This document shows, in pieces, positions 1-7,544 of a stretch of DNA of 51,883 nucleotides. Origin of the DNA: an uncultured Oscillospiraceae bacterium (GTDB taxonomy: Bacteria > Bacillota > Clostridia > Oscillospirales > Ruminococcaceae). The translations under genes and the position numbers were made by a program. The DNA lies in assembly GCA_905212515.1 (NCBI GenBank), contig CAJMEU010000001.1, positions 1 through 51,883 of the forward strand, given 5' to 3'. Under the pieces are notes generated by a model. The model saw only the letters and a program-made list of their open reading frames with translations. It did no database searches and was not told the DNA's origin. How positions within the stretch are numbered: the first letter of the stretch is position 1; each line of letters begins with the position of its first letter.

Positions 1-185
1 AATAGCTGTAAGGCTATTTTTTCGGCCACGTGGCCAGTTCTCTGGCCACGGCCATGAGGATCAGTTTTTTTATTGCGGAGCAATAAAAAATAGCTGTAAG
101 GCTATTTTTTCGGCCACGTGGCCAGTTCTCTGGCCACGGCCATAAGAATCAGTTTTTTATGGATCGCGCGGCGATCTATAAAAAC
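1..185. repeat. Tandem 88-bp-period repeat built of consecutive hairpins (REP-like); truncated by the window start
   Basis: Bases 1-~70 recur at 89-~158 with about 2 substitutions. Hairpins: AAAAAATAGC/GCTATTTTTT, CGTGGCCAG/CTGGCCACG, TTTTTTATTGC/GCAATAAAAAA, and a variant TTTTTATGGATCGC/GCGATCTATAAAAA. Confidence 0.9.
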
Positions 186-204
186 AGAAAACGAGGCGAA
201 GGCA

Positions 205-1035
205 ATGGCGATTGTTTTGATGGGGATCGGCGTTTTGATCATCCTCTTGTGGTTTTTTCTGCGGCCCGGGCGCTATACCGAGGCCCAGAAGGCCCTGGTG
301 TACGGCGTGAACCACGCCCACCGGGGCCTGCACAGCCGGGATAAGGCCGTGCCCGAAAACAGCCTGCCGGCCTTTCGCGCGGCGGTGCAGCGCGGCTACG
401 GCATCGAGCTGGACATCCAGCTGTCCCGGGACGGGGAAGTGGTGGTGTTCCACGACGACACGCTGGACCGCGTGTGCGGCGTGCACGGCCGGGTGGACGC
501 CTTCTCTTTCGCCCAGCTGCGCGACATGCGCCTGTGCGGCACGGGCGAGACGCTGCCCCTGCTGACGGAGGTGTTCGACGTGGTGCAGGGCAAAACGCCC
601 ATCATCATCGAACTGAAGACGGGCCCGCGCCGCGCCGAACTGTGTGAGCGCGCGCTGCCCCTGATGCGCCAATATGAAAAGCAGTACGGCGGCGTGTACT
701 GCATCGAGAGCTTTGACCCGCGCATTGTGCGCTGGTTCAAAAAGAAAGCGCCGGATATCCTACGCGGCCAGCTGACCGACCGGCCGCAGAATTTTGAGCA
801 CGAGCCCTGGGTGCTGAAAATGGCCCTGGGCAACCTGCTGACGAACGTGGCCGCCCGGCCCCAGTTCATCGCCTACGGCCCGGGCAAAAAGCCGCCCTTG
901 GCCCGTCTGGCCGAGGCAATGGGCGCCATCCGCGTGTGCTGGACCGTGCGCCCGGAGGATGACGTTGCCGCCAAGGAAGAGGAGAACGACGCGGTGATCT
1001 TCGAATTTTACACCCCAAAGCCCAAATTCAAATGA
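205..1035 (+). CDS. Glycerophosphodiester phosphodiesterase (GDPD) family protein with N-terminal membrane anchor
   Basis: AHRG, PENSLPAF, GIELDIQLSRDGEVVVFHD and IIIELK motifs; hydrophobic N-terminus; ATG at 205 after GAGG. Confidence 0.9.
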   Translation: MAIVLMGIGVLIILLWFFLRPGRYTEAQKALVYGVNHAHRGLHSRDKAVPENSLPAFRAAVQRGYGIELDIQLSRDGEVVVFHDDTLDRVCGVHGRVDAFSFAQLRDMRLCGTGETLPLLTEVFDVVQGKTPIIIELKTGPRRAELCERALPLMRQYEKQYGGVYCIESFDPRIVRWFKKKAPDILRGQLTDRPQNFEHEPWVLKMALGNLLTNVAARPQFIAYGPGKKPPLARLAEAMGAIRVCWTVRPEDDVAAKEEENDAVIFEFYTPKPKFK

Positions 1036-1781
1036 TGCGGGTGATCCTTTCGCCGGCAAAGCAAATGACGGCCGACGACGTGCTGCCGCCCACGGCCCTG
1101 CCCGCCCTGCTGGACAAAACCGAACGCCTGCTGGCCGCGCTGCGGGCGCTGGAGCGTCCCGCGCTGAAAAAGCTGCTGGCCTGCAACGAGGCCTTGGCCA
1201 GCGCCGCTTTTACGGACCTTGCCCGCCTGCAGCCCCGCCGTCTGGCGGTGCTGACGCCGGCGCTTTTTGCCTATCATGGCATCCAGTACAAATATATGGC
1301 CCCCGGCGTGTTCACGGAAGAGGAATTGGCCTACGTGCAGCGCCATGTGCGCATTCTCTCGGGCCTGTACGGCGTGCTGCGCCCCTTTGACGGCGTGGGG
1401 CCCTATCGGCTGGAGATGCAGGCGAAACTTTCAGTGGACGGCTATAAGGACCTATACGCTTTTTGGGGCGGCGACCTGGCGCGCCAAGTTGCCGGGGACG
1501 GCGCCGAGGCGGTGGTGGACCTGGCCAGCGCCGAGTACAGCCGGGCGGTGATTCCCCACCTGCCGGCGGGCGTGCGCCGGGTGAAGTGCGTGTTCGGCCA
1601 GCGCCTGGGCGGCAAAACGGTGGAAAAGGGCGTGTATGTGAAGATGGCCCGGGGCGAGATGGTGCGCTGGATGGCCGCCGTGGGCGCCCAAAGGCCGGAG
1701 GATCTGCGGGAGTTTACCGGCCAGGGGTACGCCTTCCGGCCGGAATTGTCCGGCGAAGATACTTATGTGTTTATCAAATAG
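1032..1781 (+). CDS. yaaA: Peroxide stress protein YaaA (DUF328)
   Basis: ILSPAK, ILSGLYGVLRPFD, YRLEM, DLASAEY and KMARGEMVR motifs; ATGA overlap with GDPD. Confidence 0.9.
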   Translation: MMRVILSPAKQMTADDVLPPTALPALLDKTERLLAALRALERPALKKLLACNEALASAAFTDLARLQPRRLAVLTPALFAYHGIQYKYMAPGVFTEEELAYVQRHVRILSGLYGVLRPFDGVGPYRLEMQAKLSVDGYKDLYAFWGGDLARQVAGDGAEAVVDLASAEYSRAVIPHLPAGVRRVKCVFGQRLGGKTVEKGVYVKMARGEMVRWMAAVGAQRPEDLREFTGQGYAFRPELSGEDTYVFIK

Positions 1782-1788
1782 AATTTTG

Positions 1789-1817
1789 GCGCCCTGCTGT
1801 TTGGCAGGGCGCTTTCT
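1789..1817 (+). terminator. Rho-independent terminator
   Basis: GCGCCCTGC/GCAGGGCGC stem followed by TTTCT, just after the yaaA stop. Confidence 0.7.
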
Positions 1818-1899
1818 ATGGATTTAAGAAAATTTTAAGACTTGTTTCAGGGTGTTTTCAGATTCATCTGCTAAGATAAAAAGCGAAAGGATGATGAAA

Positions 1900-2805
1900 A
1901 TGCCCGCTTCCTCTGTCTCGTATGATCCACGCGTCCAACGCGCCCGCATGGCGGCACGGCGGCGGCAGCGCCGCCGGCGGAAATTGGCGCGCCGTCTGGC
2001 CGGCCTGTTGTGCCTGGCCTGCGGGGCGCTGTGGCTGTTGGCGGCGGGCGCCGCGCCCCGGGCGCCGATGTCCGCCGCCGGTACCTTGGCCCGGCCCGCA
2101 GACGGGCAGGCGGGCGCTTGGGATTCGGATACCCGCGCTGCCCTGGAGGCCCTGGTACAGACCCAGCCCCAGGTGCAGGCGATGCTGGACCAGCCCGGCC
2201 GCTGGCCGGCGGAGGTGGCCGCCCTGCTGGCCCGCAACGCCGAGGCACTGGATTTCGTGCTGGCCTACCCGGACATCAAGGACGACGCCCCGCCCCAGAC
2301 GGTGGGCGAAGTGCAGCAAGGCACCCTGCCGCAGCTGCTGCAATGGGACCAGCGCTGGGGCGCGGCGTCCTACGGCGGCGGTATTCTGGCCGTCACCGGC
2401 TGCGGGCCCACGGCCCTTTCCATGGTGGCCTGCGGTTTGACGGGGGACGGCACCCTGACGCCGGCCCGCATCGCCGCCTGGGCGGATGCAAGGGGCTATG
2501 CGGGCGCCGGCGGCACCAGCTGGGAGATGATGTACGCGGGCTGCGAGGCCTTCGGCCTGCGGGCCGAGGAGATCCCCCTCACGGAAAGTGCGGTGTACGG
2601 CGCCCTGGAGGCGGGCCGCCCCATCATCTGCAGCGTGCGCCCAGGGGATTTCACCACGGTGGGGCACTTCATCGTGCTGGCGGGCGTGCAGGACGGCCGG
2701 CTGCGCGTGCTGGACCCCAACAGCCCCGCCCGCAGCGCGCAGGCTTGGGACTACCAGCGCCTGGAGCCACAGATCAAAGCCCTGTGGGCCTATGACGCCG
2801 CCTGA
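1900..2805 (+). CDS. Membrane-anchored C39-like cysteine peptidase
   Basis: Basic N-terminus plus TM helix; QWDQRWG, GCGPTALSM (catalytic Cys), GHFIVL (His), VLDPNS (Asp). Confidence 0.85.
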   Translation: MPASSVSYDPRVQRARMAARRRQRRRRKLARRLAGLLCLACGALWLLAAGAAPRAPMSAAGTLARPADGQAGAWDSDTRAALEALVQTQPQVQAMLDQPGRWPAEVAALLARNAEALDFVLAYPDIKDDAPPQTVGEVQQGTLPQLLQWDQRWGAASYGGGILAVTGCGPTALSMVACGLTGDGTLTPARIAAWADARGYAGAGGTSWEMMYAGCEAFGLRAEEIPLTESAVYGALEAGRPIICSVRPGDFTTVGHFIVLAGVQDGRLRVLDPNSPARSAQAWDYQRLEPQIKALWAYDAA

Positions 2806-2818
2806 CCCGGCAATACAG

Positions 2819-2855
2819 AAAACGCCGCTGTGAATTTTCACAGCGGCGCTTTTTT
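2819..2855. terminator. Bidirectional intrinsic terminator
   Basis: CGCCGCTGTGAA/TTCACAGCGGCG stem flanked by A and T runs between convergent genes. Confidence 0.85.
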
Positions 2856-2866
2856 GTGGGGAGGGA

Positions 2867-3079
2867 TCAGTTCCCAATGAGGAAATCCAGCACGTTCATG
2901 CCGTCGTCCGTCTCGGCCTTGTACAGCTCGGTATAGCCGCACTGCATACAGCTGACGGTGATGAACTTCTTGTTCTGCACGTCGAACAGCTTGGCGAAAT
3001 TGCCGCCCGTAGCCTGGAACTGGTCGGATTCATAGCTCTCGCAGCCGCATTTGGGGCACACATAATGGATGCGTTCCAT
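2867..3079 (-). CDS. Small zinc-ribbon nucleic-acid-binding protein (COG3478-like)
   Basis: CPKCG...CMQCGYTELY, KLFDVQNKKF; AAGGAG RBS. Confidence 0.85.
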   Translation of the reverse strand: MERIHYVCPKCGCESYESDQFQATGGNFAKLFDVQNKKFITVSCMQCGYTELYKAETDDGMNVLDFLIGN

Positions 3080-3185
3080 AGATCATTCTCCTTTAAAAAT
3101 TCGCTCCTGTATGGTTTTATTATACGCCGTGGGGCAGCCGCCCACAAGCCCAAGCTTTGTAAAAATAAACGCTGGGAGGATTGTT

Positions 3186-3995
3186 TCAGGCCAGGTTCAG
3201 CTTTTTGGCCAGCAGCCAGCGGGTGAGGAAGAAATACGCCGCGCCCAGCGCCCCCAGCAGCACCGTCCAGCAGCCCAGGGCCAGCGTGGCGATCTGCAGG
3301 GCTTCGTCCACCTGCGGCGCCGTGCTCATCAGATCCAAGAAGGAAACGCGCAGGCCGGGGGACAGGGCGGCGGCGATGACTGCGACCATCACCAGGACCT
3401 GCAGCGCCACGTTCAGCGCCACCCACACGCCTACGCTGGCAGCCAGGCGGCTGTTCGGCCAGCGGCCGCCCACCGCACAGGAGAGGTATACGCTGAGGTA
3501 TACATAGGAAAGGCCCGCCAGCGCCATCAGCACCAGCGCCAGGATGAACGGCCAGGGCAAAGGGGACGCGGATTCCCACACCGCGACGGGGGCGGCGAAA
3601 AAGAAGGGCACGGCCTGCAGGAACATACTAAACGCCACGGCCACGAGGGCCGCCAATGTCCACAGCACGGCGCACAGCAGCTTGGCGCCGATATGCTGGG
3701 CCGGCGTCACGGGCAGGCTGAAGGCCAGGTAGCCTTCGTCGCCCAACATGCGGTAGAAGCGCTGCACGCACAGCACCATCACCACCACCATCAGCGCCAG
3801 CACGGCCAGGATCAGCAGGAACAAAGTCAACGCGGACAAAATTTGCAGGGCCGGGCCGGCGCCGGACGCGCTGAAATGGACATTCAGGCCGTTTACCCCA
3901 GCCGCGGCTAAAGCGAGCACCAGATACCCGCCCAGCATGGGCAGCATGGTGCGGCCGGTCTGCCGCAATTCGTGTTTCATCAATTTGCCGAACAT
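3186..3995 (-). CDS. ABC-2 type transporter permease
   Basis: MFGKLMKHELR start, DEGYLAFSLPV motif, ~6 TM helices; overlaps the ATPase gene. Confidence 0.85.
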   Translation of the reverse strand: MFGKLMKHELRQTGRTMLPMLGGYLVLALAAAGVNGLNVHFSASGAGPALQILSALTLFLLILAVLALMVVVMVLCVQRFYRMLGDEGYLAFSLPVTPAQHIGAKLLCAVLWTLAALVAVAFSMFLQAVPFFFAAPVAVWESASPLPWPFILALVLMALAGLSYVYLSVYLSCAVGGRWPNSRLAASVGVWVALNVALQVLVMVAVIAAALSPGLRVSFLDLMSTAPQVDEALQIATLALGCWTVLLGALGAAYFFLTRWLLAKKLNLA

Positions 3996-4684
3996 TTGAA
4001 TACCTCCCGGAAAACAGCGTCCAAGCTTTGGCCTTCTTTCTGGCGGATGTCGTCCGCCGCGCCGGACAGCACCACTTCGCCGCCGCGCAGCATCACCACG
4101 TCGTCCAGGATGTTTTCCACGTCGCCGATCAGGTGGGTGGACAGCAAAATAGAAGCCTCTTCGCTGTAATTTTGAATGATGGTGGATAAAATATACTCCC
4201 GCGCCGCCGGGTCCACGCCGCCGATGGGCTCATCCAACAGGTACAGCTTGGCGGCGCGGCTCATGACCAGCGCCAGCTGCACTTTGTCCAGCGTGCCCTT
4301 GCTCATGGCGGAGAGCTTCATCCGGGGCTCGATGGAAAGATCGGCCAGCATGGCTTTGGCCTTGGCGGCGCTGAAATCGGGGAAGAAATCCGCGAACAGA
4401 TACAGCACATCGTCCACGCGGCTTTGGCGGGGCAGGAACACCCGGTCGGGCAGGTAAGCCGCTTCCAGTTTGGAGCGGGGCCCCGGCGCCTGCCCGCACA
4501 CGGAGATGGTGCCGCCGTCGGGCGTCAGCAGGCCCGCGGCCAGCTTGATCAGCGTGGTTTTGCCCGCGCCGTTGGGCCCCAGCAGGCCCGTGATGCGCCC
4601 CGGCGCCACCGAAAAGGTGACGGCGTTCAGCGCACGGTGAGAGCCATAGCGCTTGGTCAGCGCTTGGCAGGATAAACGATCCAT
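3980..4684 (-). CDS. ABC transporter ATP-binding protein (YtrB-like)
   Basis: Walker A GPNGAGKTT, signature MSKG, Walker B YLLDEP, STH; start MDRLS after AAGGAGG. Confidence 0.92.
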   Translation of the reverse strand: MDRLSCQALTKRYGSHRALNAVTFSVAPGRITGLLGPNGAGKTTLIKLAAGLLTPDGGTISVCGQAPGPRSKLEAAYLPDRVFLPRQSRVDDVLYLFADFFPDFSAAKAKAMLADLSIEPRMKLSAMSKGTLDKVQLALVMSRAAKLYLLDEPIGGVDPAAREYILSTIIQNYSEEASILLSTHLIGDVENILDDVVMLRGGEVVLSGAADDIRQKEGQSLDAVFREVFKCSAN

Positions 4685-5067
4685 TACGATTCCTCCTTTT
4701 CTGCTGCGGCTTCGGCGTCCAGCAGGGCCGCAGCCTCTTGGGCCGACAGGCCCAAAGCACGCATCTGCGTTAAAAATGCCCGCGTCTGTTCCCGGGCCAG
4801 CCCGGCGCGCAGCGCGGCCAGTTTCGCACCGTCGCTGGTGACGGTGCGCCCCGCGGTGCGGTGCGTCTCCAGCAGGCCCCGCGCCTCCAGCTCGGTGAGG
4901 GCCCGCTGCATGGTATTGGGGTTCACCGCAGCTTGGGCCGCCAGTTCCCGCACGGCGGGCACCCGTTGGCCGGGCGGATATTCCCCGGTGAGTATGGCTG
5001 CTTCCAGCCGCTCTACAAGCTGTACGTACACCGGCCGGTCGGGTCGGATCTCCCATTTCATCAGCAT
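4684..5067 (-). CDS. GntR family regulator, YtrA subfamily
   Basis: PVYVQLVE...PAVRELA..AAVNPNTMQRALTELE; short C-terminal domain; leads the ABC operon. Confidence 0.92.
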   Translation of the reverse strand: MLMKWEIRPDRPVYVQLVERLEAAILTGEYPPGQRVPAVRELAAQAAVNPNTMQRALTELEARGLLETHRTAGRTVTSDGAKLAALRAGLAREQTRAFLTQMRALGLSAQEAAALLDAEAAAEKEES

Positions 5068-5078
5068 TCACGTCCTTT

Positions 5079-5133
5079 GTGTCACTGTATTAAGGAACTA
5101 ATACAATAATACACCGTCCCCACAAAAAGTCAA
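5079..5133 (-). promoter_or_regulatory. YtrA-type operator overlapping a sigma-A promoter
   Basis: TGTATTA-N6-TAATACA (5086-5105) inside GTGT...ACAC (5079-5114); minus-strand TTGACT (5133-5128), 16 bp, TATTAT (5111-5106). Confidence 0.75.
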
Positions 5134-5178
5134 GAGGTTTTATAAGATTTTTTTGCGCGCTTTTTTGCGGCAAAAGGG

Positions 5179-5207
5179 TAGACAAACCCCAAAAGGTATG
5201 ATATAAT
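5179..5207 (+). promoter_or_regulatory. sigma-A promoter of the tRNA
   Basis: TAGACA-17 bp-TATAAT with TGn extension. Confidence 0.8.
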
Positions 5208-5219
5208 AACTTTCGCTGT

Positions 5220-5296
5220 GGAGGCTTAGCTCAGCTGGTTAGCGCGTTCGGTTCACATCCGAGAGGTCATGGGTTCGAGTCCCTTAGCCTCCACCA
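5220..5296 (+). tRNA. tRNA-Val (anticodon CAC)
   Basis: Acceptor GGAGGCT/AGCCTCC + ACCA; anticodon arm TTCGG-TTCACAT-CCGAG; T-loop GGTTCGAGTCC. Confidence 0.93.
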
Positions 5297-5301
5297 AACA
5301 G

Positions 5302-5340
5302 AAGGCCCGTAGATAAAGCATCTACGGGCCTTTTTGTTTT
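5302..5340 (+). terminator. Intrinsic terminator after the tRNA
   Basis: AAGGCCCGTAGAT/ATCTACGGGCCTT stem followed by a T-run. Confidence 0.85.
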
Positions 5341-5345
5341 GTAAA

Positions 5346-5367
5346 GTACACACTTAGGTACACACTT
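5346..5367. repeat. Tandem GTACACACTT direct repeat, candidate integrase arm-type sites
   Basis: Exact 10-mers at 5346-5355 and 5358-5367, at the integrase 3' end next to the tRNA. Confidence 0.6.
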
Positions 5368-5850
5368 TTTTGTTTTCATAGAGTATTTTGTTGAACGCCT
5401 GTTCTAGTAGTGTGGCTGTGGCGTCGTCCTGGCCTTCGACGGCGTGGGCGTAAGTGCCCCAGGTGTCCATACTTTGGGAATGGCCCACTAGTTTCTTTAC
5501 GATGCCCTCCGGCAACACCTGCACCACGCTCACAAACGTGTGGCGCAATTCGTACAAAGAGACCGGCGATATGCCATTGTGGGCCGCAAAACCTTCCAGC
5601 GTTTGTATAGCTGCTGTTCTCTTGGGATATCGAACACCGGGCCGTCAGACGGTGAAATATCACGCTGGGCTTCCAGCTCCATGCGCCCCAGCTGCGCCAA
5701 CACGATGGTGCGAACAGCATTGGAGTTCTTGCCTTGCGTGACCTCACCGAAGGCGTTGATCGCACGTCCGATGTGGATCTCGCCGCCTTGTACGTCAGAC
5801 CAGCGCAGGCCCAGCAGTTCGCCGGGGCGCACTCCCGTGCGCACGCTCAA
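5354..5850 (-). pseudogene. Tyrosine recombinase/integrase remnant (catalytic domain only, frameshifted)
   Basis: TGVRPGELLGLRWSD (box I) in one frame; SLYELRHTF..LVGHS..TYAH (box II, catalytic Tyr) in another; frame change near 5590; N-terminal domains absent. Confidence 0.88.
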
Positions 5851-5883
5851 AGCGGACTCCCACCAGGGAACCAGCGATTTGGT

Positions 5884-5925
5884 AAAAGGCAAGGCCCGTC
5901 TTGTTATAAGACGGGCCTTTGCCTT
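5884..5925 (-). terminator. Intrinsic terminator downstream of GH1
   Basis: AAGGC-AAGGCCCGTCTT/AAGACGGGCCTT-T-GCCTT stem with a short U-run on the minus strand. Confidence 0.75.
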
Positions 5926-5988
5926 GCTGCGGGATATTTTGCCGGACGGTCAAAAACCTGATTTTGACCATCTGCCGGCGATCTTCCA

Positions 5989-7284
5989 TTATCCTCGCCA
6001 GCCACCCAGATAAGCGAGGCTGGGCTTGGGGGTGCGGGCCTGGGTGGAACGGTTGACCGCGACGAGGCCGAAGCGCATGGCGTAGCCCTTCTGCCACTCA
6101 AAGTTGTCCAGCAGGCTCCAGTGAAAATAGCCCTTGACGGGCAGGCCGTCCGCGATGCAGCGCTGCACGCCCTCCAGCGCGGTGCGTATGAACGCCGCGC
6201 GGCGGGTGTCGTCGTCGGTGGCAATGCCGTTTTCCGTGATGTAAATGGGGCCCTTATAATCCGCGGCCACCTTGCGCACCACATGCTCCAGGCCTTCGGG
6301 ATAATATTCATACCCGGCCTGCGTCAATTCGGCGCCCTGGGGGATGGGCAGCAGGCCTGCCGGGCCGATCAGGCTGCGGGTATAATTCTGCACGCCCAGA
6401 AAATCGTCGTGTTGGATGGCGGGCAGATAGTGGGAAAACTCCTTCTCCCATTCTTTTTCAGCGGTTTCCTCCCCGCCCTCTTGGGCCTGAAAATCGTGCA
6501 GCGACAGCGTCAGCCCCACCTGAAGATGGGGGCACAGCTTTTTAATGGCGTCCCGCGCGGCGATGTGGGCCCGGCAGATGATCTCGTCCCCGGCCGCCGT
6601 GCAGGGCGACTGGAACACGTGCACCGCCGACGGGTCAGCCAGGCCGAAAGCCCGGGCGCCTTCCAGGGCGCTGAGCTGCTGCTGTTCCAGCAGGGCCTTC
6701 ATATTCATGCCCATCTGCACGGCGCCCTCTGCATTTTGGGCCGCCTTTTGCGCGGCCTGGGCCTGCATCATATAGCGCTTCATAATATCCGCGATCTGCA
6801 GCCGGATATTGGCCTCGTTGATGGTGCAGACAAGGCGCAGCTCACCGCCCAGACGCTCGATCACGTAGCGGCAATAGCGCACGAAATCGTCCACGACGCT
6901 TTCCGCCTCCCAGCCGCCTTTGGCGATCAGCCAGGCCGGGCTGGAAAAGTGGTGCAGCGTCACCATGGGCTCCAGGCCGTGGGCTTTACAGCAGCGGATG
7001 ACGCTGCGGTAATGCTCGATCTCACGTTCTTCAAACTGGCCTTCCCGTGGCTCGACGCGTGCCCATTCGATGGAAAAGCGGTAGGCGTTGAGGCCCGCGT
7101 CCGCCATCAGCCGGATGTCCTCCTCATAGCGGTGGTAGTGGTCCACGGCGTGGCCCGAGGGCTCGGCATAGGTGGTGTGGGGGATGTTTTCCAGCGCCCA
7201 GCAATCGCTGTTGGCGTTGTTGCCCTCTACCTGGTGGGCGGCGGTGGAAGCGCCTACCAGGAAATCCGATGCAAATTTCTGCAT
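5989..7284 (-). CDS. Glycoside hydrolase family 1 (beta-glucosidase/beta-galactosidase)
   Basis: GASTAAHQVEG, YRFSIEWARV, TINE (acid/base), ITENG (nucleophile), WSLLDNFEW; no signal peptide. Confidence 0.93.
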   Translation of the reverse strand: MQKFASDFLVGASTAAHQVEGNNANSDCWALENIPHTTYAEPSGHAVDHYHRYEEDIRLMADAGLNAYRFSIEWARVEPREGQFEEREIEHYRSVIRCCKAHGLEPMVTLHHFSSPAWLIAKGGWEAESVVDDFVRYCRYVIERLGGELRLVCTINEANIRLQIADIMKRYMMQAQAAQKAAQNAEGAVQMGMNMKALLEQQQLSALEGARAFGLADPSAVHVFQSPCTAAGDEIICRAHIAARDAIKKLCPHLQVGLTLSLHDFQAQEGGEETAEKEWEKEFSHYLPAIQHDDFLGVQNYTRSLIGPAGLLPIPQGAELTQAGYEYYPEGLEHVVRKVAADYKGPIYITENGIATDDDTRRAAFIRTALEGVQRCIADGLPVKGYFHWSLLDNFEWQKGYAMRFGLVAVNRSTQARTPKPSLAYLGGWRG

Positions 7285-7341
7285 GCTGTCTCGCTCCTTT
7301 TTTCTGCCGCCGCGCAGGTGGGACGGCTGTTTGATGGCTGT

Positions 7342-7483
7342 ATCATAGCACATCTGTTTTTACCATGAAGGATCAAAACTCGTGTTAGAGGATGAAAATT
7401 CGTTGAACGGCAAAACCGACATGATTTTTTATCCCATAACATGAATTTTTGAATTTTCATCCTTCCCCATCAGACGCTATAAT
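7342..7483. promoter_or_regulatory. Divergent promoters with four copies of a candidate AraC-family activator site
   Basis: RGGATNAAAAHTCR at 7369 and 7389 (+) and inverted at 7419-7435 and 7449-7463; -10 boxes TATGAT (minus, 7347-7342) and TATAAT (plus, 7478-7483). Confidence 0.65.
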
Positions 7484-7544
7484 CAAAACGAAACAAGGCC
7501 CCGCAAAAGGGGCCGCGGTGCAAAATTGACGGGAGGAAATAAAA

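Noticed and set aside
1..185. Possible CRISPR array
   Set aside because: The whole 88-bp unit repeats, there are no unique spacers between short repeats, and no cas genes are in the window.
118..204. N-terminal extension of the GDPD ORF
   Set aside because: It reads through the repeat; the RBS-supported start is ATG 205.
3126..3150. GCCGTGG...CCAC resembling repeat hairpin B
   Set aside because: Lacks hairpin A and the CTGAT linker; likely chance in GC-rich DNA.
5941..5979. Hairpin sharing AAAAACCTGATTTT with the 23.6 kb repeat copy
   Set aside because: Only a 14-nt AT-rich match without hairpins B or C; insufficient to call another copy.
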